DNA of 64,000 nucleotides from Squalus acanthias (Eukaryota): NCBI GenBank assembly GCA_030390025.1, contig CM059430.1, positions 74,524,001 to 74,588,000 of the forward strand, read 5' to 3'. Shown piece by piece: positions 45,935 to 60,141 of this stretch (position 1 is its first letter; each line of letters starts with the position of its first letter). The notes under the pieces were generated by a model. It saw only the letters and a program-made list of their open reading frames with translations, ran no database searches and was not told where the DNA came from. The position numbers and the translations under genes were made by a program.

Positions 45935-46650
45935 CATACATACGAAAAACAAAGAATAGGAATTGAGCAGAACCTCACCCAAGCCAATCCTATATTGTCA
46001 TGGCGCATATTAAGCACATCATCAATTTGCATTCAAGGCCTTGCCCACATCTGGTTCCAAAGGTGAGCAACCCTCTTTGAAAATAAATAGCACCTTATAT
46101 CTAACCTGCTTTTATGCTTCTGTAACTAATACACATGTCCCTGGCCGTTACCAACCTCTGTAACGATGTTAGCCTTTCCAAATGTAACAACTCTCATGTT
46201 TACATTATGTTAAAGACCTTAATCAAATCTCCCCAAAGTCTACACTTTTCTGGTATAAGAAGACACATATCGTTAACACTATTATTGTAACTGCTGGTCT
46301 ACAAGGGATCAAACCAGTACCCATGATTTGAAGCCTTTCCTGGGCATCTAAATCACACACCATTAGACGAGATAAAAACTCGAAACAACATTCTAAATAA
46401 GGCCTAATCAAGTTCTTACACAGGAACGGTATAGTATTATTTTTTCTTCTTTCATTATCTGGGCAATACATCCCACTTCTTCATAACTTTTTACAATAGC
46501 CTAGTTGTACTGGTCGGCAACCTTCAGAAATTAATTGACTATGACACGTGGGCTTTTCTGCTGCTTGGTGTTGGCTTTACCCATACATTACACAATATTA
46601 AATTCAACCTGCCAATCACAGACACATTTCCCTACTACAGATCCAGGATG
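45935..46650 (-). mobile_element. Old CR1-group 3' fragment
   Basis: LCKNLIRPYLECC. Confidence 0.55.
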
Positions 46651-46794
46651 ACCACTTGCAGGAAAATTTCTATGCTCATAAATCAGCTAAAACATCATGT
46701 TTTGTTCTTTCTTCCAGAATAAGATATTACGTATGTCGTTGTCAATGAACGGATAGGTATCCTTAATATTAAAGTGCCTGTAGCCGTGAGGTTT

Positions 46795-48303
46795 CTCCTC
46801 GAATTCGAATCTGCCGTCATCACCCCTCTCCTCACAAAAGCAACCATTGACCCATCCGTTCTTGTAAACTACCATCCCATCTACAACCTCCCTTTCCTCT
46901 CCAAAGTCATTGGACGTGTTGTCGCCTCCAACATCCGTGATCATTTCTCCCGCAATTCCATGTTTGAATCCCTCCAATCAGGTTTCCGCCCTTGCTACAG
47001 TCTCAAAACGGATTTGATCAAAGTCAAAAATGACATCCTTTGTGACTGTGACAAAGTGAAACTATACCTCCTCGTCTTTTTGTCTTGTCTGCAGCCTTTG
47101 ACACGGTTGACCACTCCATCCTCCGCAAAATCTCTCCACCATCGTCCAGCTGGGTGGCACTGCATTAGCCTGGTTCGATTCTTATCTTTCCAATCGTAGA
47201 CAGAGAATCACCTGCAATGGCTTCTCTTCCGGCTTCGCATCGTTACATCTGGTGTCCCACAAGGATCTAACCTAGGCCCCCTCCTATTTCTCATCTACAT
47301 GTTGCCCCTTGGCGACATCATACGAAAACATAGCGTCAGTTTCCACATGTAAGCTGAAGACACCCAGCTCTACCTCACTAACACTTCTCTCAGTTGTCTC
47401 TAAGTTGTCAGACTGAGTGTCCGAAATCCGGTTCTGGACGAGCAAAAATTTTCTCCAATAATATATTGGAAAGACCGAAACCATCGTTTTCGGTCCCTGC
47501 CACAAACCGCGTTTACTAGCAATGATACAATCCCTTTCCCTAACATCTATCTGAGGCTGAATCATCCTGTTAGCAACATTAGTGCCAAATTTGACCCTGA
47601 AATGAGCTTCCTACCACATATCCGCAGCATAACTAAGAATGCCTATTTCAACCTCCGTAACATTGCCCGTCTCAGCCCTTGCCTCAGCTCATCTGCTGCT
47701 GAAATCCTCATCCATGCTTTTGTTACGTCTATACTTGACTATTCCAACGCACTCGGGGCTGGCCTCCCATATTCTACCCTACGTAAACTTGAGGTAATCC
47801 AAAGCTCGGCTGCCCATGACCTAACTCGCACCAAATCCATTTCATCCATCACCCCTGTGCTCGCTGACCTACATTGGCTCCCTGCTAAGCAACGCCTCGA
47901 TTTCAGAATTCTTACCCTTGTTTTGAAATTCCACAATGGCCATGCCCCTCCCTAACTCTGTAATCTCCTTCTGCCACACAACCCCCTTCCCCCCCCCCCC
48001 CGGATATCTGCACTCCTTTAATTCGGCCCTCTTGAACATCCCTGATTATAATCGCTCAATCATTGGTGGCCGTGCTTTCTGTTGCCTTGGCCCTGCCGAA
48101 CCCTCTCCGCCTCTCTACCTCCCTTTCCACCATAAAGACGCTCCTTAATACCTACCTCATTTACCAACGTTTTGGTCACCTGCCCTAATTTGTCCTCATG
48201 TGGCTCGTTGTCAAATGTTATGTCTTATAATGCTCATGTATAGCACCTTGGGACAACTTATTACGTTAAAGGCGCTATATAAATACAAGTTGTTGTTCTT
48301 GTT
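46795..48303 (+). mobile_element. L2 LINE 3' half
   Basis: NYHPIYNLPFLSKV, QSGFRP, ILIHAFVTSILDYSNAL, ITPVLADLHWLP; tail aaatacaagttgttgtt. Confidence 0.9.
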
Positions 48304-48354
48304 GGTGTCAAACCTATCGACAAACTACTGCTTGGCATTGCAGAAGGAACTTTA

Positions 48355-49088
48355 AAGCCTATATTTTGCGGCCTATACGGGTGCGTACGGGGTGCGTACG
48401 TGGCCGTAATGGCCACGTCAGATCGGGGTTTCCGAAAGCGAAGTGCATGTGCGAAAACCCTGAACTTGCAATCTGTCAAGAATCTTCCTGAGAGATCCAA
48501 TGCATCTCCGTGAAAAGGGACTCCTCGATCGGAGAGTTGGGCATTTTTCCCAACTTCTGCCCAGCGAATGCCTGTGTATTTCTTCAGCCTGGTATGGCCT
48601 GCTTTTACCAGCATAACAGTTTAAATAAACATTTTGTCCCAATCATTTGAGCATTAAAAAACTGTATAATAAGGTAAGGTTATTTTGAGCCACTTTAAAA
48701 CATCTAATTTTTTTATGCAAAACATTAATTAATTGTTTTAAATATTTAATTAAATGACATTTTAATTCATTTTAAACATGTAATTTTTATGTCTACATAT
48801 ATTTTTGGAGTATTCCCATTCATACTTATGGGGATTCCATACTTACGGAATCTCCATAAGCATGACTGGGGATACCCTTCTTTCATTCGTTGGGCCGCCC
48901 CACGTGATCTGAGGGGAGCTTGCGAACTGCATGCGCCTGTGGGATACGTGGGCTTCTACCCGCGGGTTACCAGAGAGGCCCAGGGCAGCGAGTCTCCGTA
49001 CCTCCTGGACCACCATGTACGCGGATATTTTATTATTGGATCGGAGGCATTTTTGCGCGGGAAGCCTCCAACAGCAAATTCACTCCCT
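48355..49088. mobile_element. Harbinger-type MITE (family B-related)
   Basis: Shared motifs tacgggtgcgtac, ctgtcaagaatc, aaggtaaggttatttt, cccacgtgatc, gcgggaagcctcc. Confidence 0.68.
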
Positions 49089-49804
49089 ACGAGTTTCAGA
49101 GCAGCACGAATTATTGTAGATTATTTTTCCTTCCTGACAAACTCAAACATTTCGTACATCAACGTAGAATTTGCTCATGGAGCGTGATGCCACTATTGTG
49201 ACACATGTTTCTCTTGGCGTTTCCATAGTTTTGGATTAAGAGTCAAGAATCAAAGAATCAAAGTGGAACGTAGTGAACAGCCCAGAAGTTGAGTCACAGG
49301 TTCACTCTCTCTACCAGTCGTAAAGAAACTAAAACTATACCTGGTATGGCAGGGTTTCGACATTGATATTCTTCAGGGAGCATCATTACTACTTCGAGTG
49401 AAGTTGGCAATATAGGAGCAGCAACGCGCTGACAGAACGATCCGTTGGAAACTATTCGCCAGCCACATTTGTGTTGTTGACCTTGTGTCAACAATGGAGC
49501 AAAAATCGTCTACGGGACCATCTGCATTAGAAGAACGACCTTTGGTAGATGCATTAATTCAAGTGTGTGTTCTCGTGGAAATGTTCTAAGGCAATAGACT
49601 TCTTCAGTTGCCAAGTATTGGGAGCTGTCCTGGCTGGTTCAACTTACTCGCCTTAACCCTGTATCAAGGTTACTTTCATGCAGCACATTGCCCCCACACA
49701 AAGAAGTGAACCGACTGAAGCACTGTCCAATAGCAGTATAACAGGAAAATCAGGATCTAAGAGTTTGTGTTCTCATACCTAACTTGTAGATAACGCATTT
49801 CAAT

Positions 49805-50531
49805 GGCCAAAAATTCGTGAGGAAGCCTTCGTGCGAGGGTAAGGCTTCCCCGCGATCTCTCACTGCGCGTTGGCTTTTTCAGTTCCAACTCGCACGAACT
49901 TGATGTTCTGGACAGCTGCTGTGCTGGGCTTTCGTATCCCACAGGCGTAGTTAATTCGTGCGAGCTGTGGGATCACGTGACTCAGTTAGAGCCATTGGCA
50001 GCACACCATCTTCCATTCATAACTTTCACATAAGTGCTGTGAAAGCTATGAATACTATAGCCCCCCAAAAGAACAGCTAAACCTCAATTAAATAAAAAAA
50101 AATCACATTAATAAAATAAGGATAGTTAAATAAATTAACCATTTTAAATAAAAAATTAAATTTTTGAAAAAATTTAAAATCTTTTAAAAAGTTATAAAAA
50201 TAAACTTACCTGTCTTTAAAGTCTCTAAAAAAGATATACCTGTTAAAAAAAATTCAAAATAATACTTAATTCACTACTTACCTTGTTAAAAGTGGGTCTT
50301 TTTTTATGTGTAAAATCTTCCATACTTACCTGCGCGTTGAAACCACTAAGTGCACTGCATGCACGCAGCCTGTAACGTGCACGCGGTTCAACTAGGAACC
50401 GCCCCCTTTTCCGTTCACCAAATACCGGTTTTCAGCGCATGCGCAGTGCATGCAGAAAACCGGCAAATGGAGACAGAATACGCGAGAGTACACAGTGCGT
50501 ACTCTCGCGTAGCAACACTAATTTTTGGGCC
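49805..50531. mobile_element. Family A MITE
   Basis: GGCCAAAAATTCGTG ... CACTAATTTTTGGGCC, flanks AAT/ATT; highly similar to 3351-4084. Confidence 0.85.
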
Positions 50532-50618
50532 ATTTCGTATCAACATTCTATGAGTTACACAATGGGAAAAATAACGAGCATCGACTTTCAGTACTTCATC
50601 TCACCCTATCAAAATATT

Positions 50619-53600
50619 GGGCCGGATTTGCCATGGCTCATGACGTTAGCGGCCGTAAGTGCTTCGCAAGTTCTGGGTTTACGAATCGGCTGCGCATCTG
50701 CGACAACCCTGAACCTGTGATCTGACAAGAATCATCTTGACAGATCCCCCGCATGCGCAGGAAATGGACATTCGTTGACAGAAATTTGGGCTATTTGCCC
50801 AGCGAATGTCCAAGAATCTCTTACGCCTAATAAAAGCAGGCGTAAGATGTCATTTTACCAGCATAAGGGTGCAAAATAAATATTAAAAATATACATTTTA
50901 AAATCATTTTAACATTCAACAACCAGTAATATAAGTTTGTGTTATTTTTGGCCCCTTAAAAAATCTATAAATTTAATTTTTCGTAAAATTAAATTTTTGT
51001 TTTTACATAGGATTACATAGGATATAAAGCACAGTAACAGGTCATTCGGCCCAAGCAGTCCATGCCGGCGTGTATGCTGCACAAGAGCATCCTCCCGTGT
51101 TTCCTCATCCATATCTATCAGCATAAACCTCAATTCCCTTTTCCCTAATTTGATTCTCTTGCCTCCCCCCAAATCCATCTATACTATTCGCTTCAACCAC
51201 TCCCTGTGGTAGCGAGTTCCACATTCTCACCACACTTTGGGTTAAGAAGTTTCTTCTGATTTCACGAGTGGATTTCTTGGTGACTATCTTATATTGATGG
51301 CCTCGAGTTATGCTCTTTCCCACAAGCGGTAAGATTCTTTCTCTATCCACTCTATCGAAAAAATATATAATTTTAAAGACCTCTAATATGTCACCCGTCA
51401 GCATTCTTTTACAAAAGAAAAGAGACCCGATCTGTCCATCGTTTCCTGATAGGTATACCCTCGCATTTAAGAATATAAGAAATAGGAGTAGTAGGCCATA
51501 AGATCCCTCGAGCCTGCTACGCCATTCAATAAGATCATGATAGATCATTGAACTCAACTCTACTTTCCCGCCCGATCTCCATATCCCTTGATTCCCCTAG
51601 AGTCCAAAATCTATCTATCTCAGCCTTGAATATACTCAAAAAGGCTCAGCATTCATAGCCCTCTGGGGCAGAGAATTCCAAAAATTCACAACCATCTGAG
51701 TGAAGAAATTTCTCCTCATCTCAGTCTTACATGGCCTATCCCTTATTCTGAGACCATGAGCCCTAGTTCAACACACATCAGCCAGGGGAAACAACCTCTC
51801 AGCATCTACCCTGTCGATCCCCTTCAGAATCTTGTATGTTTCAATGAGATCATCACTCATTCTTCAAAACTCCAGAGAGTATAGGCCCATTCTACACAAT
51901 CTCTAATCAGAGGACAGCCCTCTCATCCCAGGAATCAATCTAGTGAACCTTCGTTGCACCGCCTCCAAGACAAGTATTTCCTTCCTTGGAGAAGGAGACC
52001 AAAACTGTGCACAGTACTCCAAGTGTGGTCTCACCAAGGCCCTGTACAATTGTAGCAAGACTTCCTTACACTTATCCACCAAACGCCTTGCAATAAAGAA
52101 CAACATGCCATTTGCCTTCCTTATTGCTTGCTGTACCTGCATGCTAGCTTTCTGTGTTTCTTGCACGAGGACACCCAAGTTTCTCTGAAAACCAACATTT
52201 GATAGCTTCTCACCATTTAAAAAATATTCTGTTTTTCTATTCTTCCTACCAAAGTGAATAACCACACATGTCCCTACATTATACTCCATCTGCCACCTTA
52301 CTGCCCACTCAATCAGTCCATCTCTGTGTTCTCCTCAAAGCTTACTGTCCAATCTTGCTTTGTATCATCAGCAAACTTGGATATATTACACTCGATCCCT
52401 TCATCTATCTCATAAATATAGATTCTAAATAGCTGAGGCCCGAATACTGACCCATGCGGCACCCCACTAGTTACAGCCTGCCAACCTGAAAAAGATCCGT
52501 TAATCCCTGCTCTCTGTTTTCTGTCCGTTAACGAATCCTCTATCGATGCTATTATATTACCCCCAACCCAATGATCCCTAATCTTGTGTAATAACCTTTT
52601 ATGATGCACCTTATCGAATGACTTTTGTAAATTCAAATGTATTACATCCACTGGTTCTCCTTTATCTACCCTGCTATCATAGTTTGTAAATCTCCTCTGC
52701 ACCCTCTCCAGTGCCTCAACATCATTTTTTCTACAATGGCGACCAGAAATGTACGCAGTAGTCTAAGTGTGATCTAAGCAAGGTTCGATACAGGTTTAGC
52801 ATAAACTTTTCAATTCTATATATTTTAAACTTTAAGGGGGAAAAATTCAGCTGCTTGCGCCTCTCGTTAGCGCCTTAAATGGGCGCTAATGGGGCGTAAA
52901 GCAGCTAACGCCCGGGCGCAGCGCCGCCCACGCCTCCCGAAAAATTTAGTGGGAGGTTAGCGGCGGCGGCAGCCGGTAGCGCCCTGTGGCGCTGCGCCGC
53001 CGGCGATGACGTCATCGCCGTGCGCAGCGCCCCGCTCGCGCCCCGGCCGTGATCTTCAGTCGCGCCCCCTGATTTACCGCCAGACGCTATGTCCGACGGG
53101 TTCAGGGGGGCGTACGTGCGGCCGGGGCGGCGATATTTAAAGGGGAGGTGGCAGGCGGCCATTTTTGTTGCTGGCCGCCTGCCAGCACCTGCCCCCGTTG
53201 CTGTCCCCGGCCCCCGTGAAGCCCCCCCACCGTGAAGTGCCGGCTGCGCTCCAAGAGCCCGGCACTTCTCTTGAGTGCCGGGCTCTTTTGCCGGCACTCC
53301 CGATCCCTGGGAGCCCAGCTGGGCCCCGGTTCGCGCTGCGCAAGGCCCCTCCCCTTTAAGAAGGGGAGGAAGGCCTGCAATACCGCGGCGCGACGTGCCG
53401 CAGCGCGTGGCGCTGCGGCACGTAGCGCCAGGATATTCAGTCGCAGCGCCCCAAGAGGGATGCGGGGTGCTTCCAGTTGCGCCCCGCTTCCCTCTTGGGG
53501 CGCAACCACTGAAGTTCCGGCGCGGGGCCGCTAATTTTTTCGGGGCGCTAAAAGTCGCGCCCCGGCGAGGTTAGCGCCCCAAATGGGGCGCGACTCAATT

Positions 53601-53790
53601 TTTACCCCTAAATGTTTAATAAAGCTATATTATAATTAAGTTAAAACATCCAATGATTTTTTTTAATTTCAAGGTTGTGTACATGTATTTTTTTGGGTGA
53701 TTACTATTAAGCATATGGGGTTTCCGTGAGCTTAAAGGAATCCCCATAAGCATGATGGGAATCCACTTTCTGATTGGTTGGGCTATTTTC
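50619..53790. mobile_element. MITE split by nested CR1 fragments (51005-52800, minus) and a GC-rich MITE
   Basis: Left part 50619-51000 (GGGCCGGATTT...), right part ~53612-53790; CR1 peptides LVRPHLEYCAQFW and FADDTK lie between. Confidence 0.62.
52836..53608. mobile_element. GC/CpG-rich young Harbinger-type MITE (family C)
   Basis: TIR GGGGGAAAAATTCAG / CTCAATTTTTACCCC, TSD TAA on both sides, subterminal tagcgcc/ggcgcta repeats. Confidence 0.85.
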
Positions 53791-53794
53791 TTCG

Positions 53795-54290
53795 GAGCGG
53801 GAGGAGCACAATCACTAGAATGATACGAGTCTTAATGGTGTGCATTCTGAGGACAGGTTGCATAGATTGGTCTGTATTCTACTAAATTCAGAATGTTGCC
53901 GGGTGATCTAAACAACGTGTTTCAATTAATAAGCTATTAAATTGGGTAGGTAGAAAGAAAATACCCCCTGTTGGCGAAGCCCATAACAACTAGGCATACT
54001 CTTAAAATTAGAGCTAGGCCAGATATGAGTGAAATTAGCAATCACATTTTTACACAAATGTTATTGGTGTAAAGTTAATCTGAAGCTCTGTCCCTCACAA
54101 ATGCTATGGATGCTGGGTGAATTAAAATTTTGAAGACTGAGATTGTATTTGATGGGGCATTGGAATCATAGTTGATGGAGAAAAGGCGGGTAAATGAAGT
54201 TGAGCTACAGATCAGCAATAATCCAGTTGAATTGCGAGCACGCTGGGAGGGGTGGGGTGTTGAATGTCTTACTCCTGTTCCTATGTTCTC
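53795..54290 (+). mobile_element. Old CR1 3' fragment
   Basis: 3' UTR 'tactcctgttcctatgttc'. Confidence 0.6.
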
Positions 54291-56972
54291 AAATTAGATA
54301 AAGCATCTTGTTTTGATATAACATTTCAGAGAACCTGAAATCGTTTATAAACATTAACAAAACAAATATTAATAAATCTCCAAGAAATGATCGCGGAAAA
54401 TGTAAAAGAATTGAAGCGAGGCACATAAATAATTAATGTGTTCCAAAAGGTTCGGTAAATGGAGGACAGAGTTTTCAGATAATAGGCAGAAGAACTAGAG
54501 GTGTAATGAGGACATTTTCCCCTCAGCATGTTGTGTTCTGCAATGTAATGCCAGATAGTCTGCTGGAGCTAGATTCAAGAGTAACTTTAAAAAGAGAAAT
54601 GGCGCTTCACAGAAGGCATATAAAACAAAATTGGACACCGAGCCACGTAAAAAGATATTAGGACAGGTGACCAAAAGCTAGGTAAAGTTCGTTTCGTCTT
54701 GATAATATAGGCCGAAACCATGAAAACTAAAAGGAAATATTTGCAATTTCGCATAAATGACCCAACAGAGGCAACTACCGTTAAATTTACCATGTTGCCA
54801 CATGCAGCGAGTAGATTGCATGACGCAGTGTACCTGAACTAAGAGTATAACTTGGTAAAGAAAAAATTAAAATACGCAATTTCCTGGCACTGTCATTTCT
54901 CAGCTTAGCGATTACACTACTATCTTACTTGCATTTGTAGTTTATTTCTGACTGGAAAATGTAATGTAATTTTCATTGTGTATGCTTGATTGAAGAGAAT
55001 TTTAATTAAATATGAAAATGGGATCATTTATTATTATTCCACTTGTATAAGTGATTTAATTATTTGGGGATTCCTCATATGGATATGGGGATTCCGTTGG
55101 TAAATGGAATCTCCATAAGCATGTTAGGATTCCTCCTTTCTGATTGGAGGACCTGGCCCACATGATCCCAGGGATGCTTCTGAACCGCTTGCATCCCTGG
55201 GACCCGTGGGTCGTTACAGCAGGGTACGCCTGGATGGCCAGGACACGAACTTTTCCAGCCTGGGAGCCTATAGGTAAGTTCCTATATATTTACTCCAGAG
55301 GTACGCCTGCAATTGGAAATTCTGGGACATTAAATTCTAAACGTTAGAAAGGCACACATGAACATTTTAGAAAATGCTGCATTTAAGAAAAAGGATGGAT
55401 TCAAAACGGTTGCAATGTGGATCAACTAAGAACAGAATTGGGGTTCATGCATCTGTGTTCAGCTGCAGGAATAAATACAGATCGTAATAAGGTATACATA
55501 ATTCAAATCACGTTGCACTGTTACGAATTAAATAAGAAGAAATTGACGCTGTACAGGGATCTCAGAGAAATTATTTAATTGTTGCTCCATATTTCAATGC
55601 AAGCAAAACACCTTAAAATAAAACATTAACAATCAATTTTAGCAAAACGATTATCTGAAAGGTTGGGTTTTCTTCCCAGAAATGAGCAGGCTCATTGACG
55701 TACGTTTATTGAACAATATCTGTGGCCTCTTCCACGCAAAATATATTTTGCTTTAAAATCATATTGATCGGTCAAACTATCTGCACATCCGCCGTACAAT
55801 TAGCATATTGCAAATATTTATTTTGAATGTATAATTCGAACATTAAACAAATTTCAGACTCCAAAGTTCGCCCCCGTTTCCTCAACAATTGTTTTTCATT
55901 GTTGTTCATTCTTTTTGAGAATGTCTGGTTAAATAGATCTGATATTTTCTGTGGTACACTGATACCTTATTTTTACCTCTGAGTCTGCACTACATTAAAA
56001 TACAAGGGGGAGATTATTCTGACCAATGATTCATGGATATGGTAAACTAACATTGTTAAAACAATAACTTGATTACCTACTACACGTGAAGAGAGCGGTT
56101 GCAGAGTGTATTGGCTTGGACAGGTAAGCTAATAGTGTTGAACAGCAGAGCACCAAGAACAGCAGATACGATTGGGAAGTGCCTACTGAGAACAATAGGA
56201 GGTAACAGATACCGGACAGAGAGTACATTGGATTTCCTTCTTTCTTCCACCGATGTTACGCTGTGACATCGGGAGAACTCCCGAGGAAATTCCTGCGAAT
56301 GGAATGGAGATTTCAAGAAGAGAGACTGCTAATTTTGTCATATGATAACATTTGGGCAGTCCTTCAAAATCGTACGGTGTGGTAGTTTTAAGTTTCATCA
56401 ATGGGAATAAAAATTGAGCGAGATGTAAAACTGGCAGCCAATTCGCTATACATGTTTTTCGGCCCATGATGAAAGTTACAATTTTCCACAGTAACTGGCA
56501 TAGGTCAGACTGTAGATTCTCCAGTAAGGAAAGGTGCAAGTGCAGTTTAGAAATAATGGTTGAAAATAAAACCTAATTAGAAAGAATTAAGTGATTTCCA
56601 ATGGCAACGGAAGTCAAGGGAAATTTTAGCCGTTGGGGTATATAACAATTGGTAAATCAATTTCGCCTAAACTCAAGAATACCCCTTGCTGTATAAGGTC
56701 GTCTTGGGCGGTAGGGCAAAAGGCTGTTAGCTATTCGGTAGGCGATTAACACAACGCCACATTTTATTTTGCATTGTTGCAAATGGAAAGTAAAATCAGC
56801 CAGAGTTCAAAAGAAGCTTCCGATTCGCTAACCCAGTTTTGAGCTACCGCCCAGGATATATATAAACCCATGTGACGCGAATCATAGAGAAACCACGTAA
56901 TCGGTCAATTTCTAGGCCTGTTTGCAGGAGGAAAGCGGAAGGGTCTTTACTGATTTTCTCATTTTGACACAT

Positions 56973-59938
56973 TTATCCGTTACTCTTCACCTGACCGTAA
57001 ACCGTGCTCGTTCCTTTCACTTTAGGCCGTGTCGTGTTCTTGGAAGTCGTTATCTGCAAAGACGCGTACGTCAGCTTATTACCAGCAGCATGCTGTTTGA
57101 CCTGTGACAAGAACATTAAACAGACTGTTTGTCTTTTTTTTTTGTAAATTTGCCCATTGGAATAACCCTTCCTCATAAGATATGAAATACGTGTTCAGTT
57201 CAGTTTATTCTAATGATGCGTGCCAAAACAAAATCATTGGTTTCTATTGCTTTTGTTTCAATGTGGAGTTTCAGCTGTACCTGTGAGTACTCCGTGCTCA
57301 CTTCCCTGTTTGTAGGTTTAGAAATTTTCTTCGAGCCGGTCAAGTTCAGAGCCGCATATGTAAGCGTGTTCTCAGTTGTCCCTTTTACCTCCTGTAAAGA
57401 CAAATATTTGACAGTCGTCATATCATTATATTGCTAGTTTGTTGACTTTTACGCAAACATTATATGCAGCAGGTAGAGGCAAGAAGGTCACAAATGTGAA
57501 GAGATTGGGTTGAATTTCAGCGGGGCTGCTGCCGCTCTTCCTTCGTGGAGAGCTCGCTGAAATCCCGGTAGAACGCACAATGGTTATTTACGCTGTGGTT
57601 TTTCTTCCAAAGGGTTCTGGCGACTCATTTGACGAAATTATGGCGGGAGTTCAGGAGAACCCCCGTGGCAATTCATCCCCTGAGTTTCTAGCTCTAGACA
57701 TGCTATTGGGTTCTCACCCCTGACAAGTGGAAGGCGTTCTCTTCCTTATTTCTCAGATTATCAAATGTCTTGCAACCAGTTACATTATCAGCGGGGAAAG
57801 GCGGAGTCTCCTCAATAGCTGATCGCATACACTGTAAAAGTAAATATAGTTCAAGTAAGAGGCTCGTTATAATTTCTAATTTTAATAAGGGTGGGGCATC
57901 CTTTTCCCAGTCTGCATAGAACAATATCCCGTATGTCTGCATGAGGTGATGACTATAGTTTAAAACTTATATCGTGGATTGTTCGGCAGCAGGATAAACT
58001 GTTTCATGAGTATTTATGTTGATCGCAGAACACATGGGTCTGACCCGTTCCGATCTACTGCTCGGTTTGTTCCTGGCAATAGAGCAACGCTTTACTCCGC
58101 CGTTTTCCATTTCCTCTTTAAAGGTACTTGATATTAAGCCAATCAGTTGTATCACTGTCAAATGCAATTTCTTAAAAAATAATAAAAGAATAATTTCTGA
58201 TAGCTGAGAATCTCCGTCATTATATCGCAATCATAATTATAACATGCACGCCTAGAATTTATCCGACGGCTTTCCCAAACTACCAACCCACCCGAACCTC
58301 GGGGAAACGCTATAAACGGCTAAAACAGGCAGTGGCGTTAATTTTGACTTCGAAGAAAAGTGTAAAACACACAATAATCGCTGGTCCTCCTTTAAAAAAA
58401 AACTTCCGTTTTCCGTTTACATTCACTTCAGTGGAAACGAAAACCCGGAGAGGTATTTATCTGGTGACAGAGCCTATATCGTGCCATTTACACTATTCGA
58501 CAAAGTCAAAATTACCTACAGTTTATGCAGTTCGTTGTCGACTTTAAGATTTGGATGACTGACTGGTGGAGTGTTGAGCTGGTCATCCATTGCCGCAGCG
58601 AAGAGAAGGCCGCGATTTTAAGGCACTGGCCTCATTAACATTAACATAGAACATAGAACATAGAACAGTACAGCACAGTACAGGCCCTTCGGACCTCGAT
58701 GTTGTGCCGAGCATTGTGCGAAACCAAGATCAAGCTATCCCACTCCCTATCATTCTGGTGTGCTCCATGTGCTTATCCAATAACCGCTAGAAAGTTCCTA
58801 AAGTGTCCGACTCCACTATCACAGCAGGCAGTCCATTCCACACACCAACCACTCTCTGATAAAGAATCTACCTCGGACATCCCTTCTATATCTCCCCCCA
58901 TGCACCTTATAGTTATGCCCCCTTGTAACAGCTACCTCCACCCGAGGAAATAGTCTCTGAACATCCACTCTATCTATCCCCTTCATCATCTTATAAACCT
59001 CTATTAAGTCGCCTCTCATCCTCCTCCGCCCTAAAGAGAAAAGCCCTAACTCCCTCAATCTTTCTTCATAAGACCTCCCCCCCAAACCAGGCAGCATCCT
59101 GGTAAATCTCCTTTGCACTCTTTCCAATGCTTCCACGTCCTTCCTATAGTGAGTTGACCAGAACTGCACACAATATTCCAAATGTGGTCTCACCAAGGTC
59201 CTGTACAGTTGTAGCATAACCTCACGGTTCTTAAACTCAAACCCCTTGTTAATAAACGCTAACACACTAGTTACGTCTAGCGGGCCTATCCAAATCGGGC
59301 CAGGAAAGCCGTTAGCATGGCAAATTATTACTCCTGCTCCTCCGGGATACACGCACATAATTTCCCAATTACCTCTGGGCCTCTTTGAGACTCTGTTCCA
59401 TCACTGATGGAACTGATCACAAGCTCTGACCTATGCTGACCTAAAGTGTCATTCTGGGTCGCATTTATGTCATTAGATCCCGAATTCCATATTAAACTGG
59501 CCTACTGCTTTAAACAGACAAGTGATTTGGACGCCCAGCAATAGGCCCATTTCAAAATGGTGTCGGACACATTGCCTGTTAATGAGGCAGTACGCCGACT
59601 GACGCTATTTTGTGATCATGACCGAATCCTTAGCGGCAGGCAAAGGCATTGATACTTAGCGCCTTTTTCCTCATATATCCTGACCTGCTGAAGTTACATT
59701 GGCAATCAAGAAAAAGCCTTGCGAATTCCAGGGGAATACTTCTAAATTCTGCAGGTATATTTCCATGTTATCGAAAATGTGAACATGTAGGAGGGCTTTT
59801 GTATGAAATATATTCACAAATTCATATTTCAGTGAAAATCGTGATATTAAGTGTCCATTTGTAATATCAATAAAGGTCAGTATAGTCATCTTACCCTCTC
59901 CTCATGCCCATCGTTATTGGTGAGATTCCGCTCGGAAT
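56973..59938 (-). CDS. Gene 2 (paralog) cytoplasmic exons 59938-59895, 57391-57281, 57101-56973; upstream exons not found in the window
   Basis: DSERNLTNNDGHEER / EVKGTTENTLTYAALNLTGSKKISKPTNREVSTEYSQ / VKQHAAGNKLTYASLQITTSKNTTRPKVKGTSTVYGQVKSNG*; GT-AG sites; 44- and 111-nt exon sizes identical to gene 1. Confidence 0.85.
57507..57680. mobile_element. Short ancient palindromic MITE
   Basis: GGGTTGAATT ... AATTCATCCC ends; similar decayed ends near 13440 and 45440. Confidence 0.5.
58640..59268 (-). mobile_element. Young CR1 3' fragment
   Basis: Open frame LYRTLVRPHLEYCVQFW...RRRMRGDLIEVYK; (catagaa)n tail. Confidence 0.9.
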
Positions 59939-59995
59939 CTAAAGAGAAATAAAATTAAAAAGAATCAATCCTCTGTAAACAAATTAAATATTGCG

Positions 59996-60130
59996 CAGTT
60001 ATGACGAAAGGTCATCGACCTGAAACGTTAACTCTGTTTCTCTCTTCAAAGATGCTGCCGGACCTGCTGAGTTTCTCCAGCATTTTCTGTTTTTATTTCA
60101 GATTTCCAGCATCTGCAGTATTTTCTTTTT
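59996..60130 (+). mobile_element. Solo Penelope tail with a mutated hammerhead core
   Basis: Near-identical to 6435-6568, but core reads ATGACGA instead of CTGACGA. Confidence 0.85.
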
Positions 60131-60141
60131 ATATAAATATT

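Noticed and set aside
50322-50332. U1 snRNA gene
   Set aside because: Only the first 11 nt match; the downstream sequence is MITE
52905-53574. Several overlapping 60-135 aa ORFs
   Set aside because: By-product of the GC-rich MITE; low-complexity Ala/Arg/Gly/Pro with no domain
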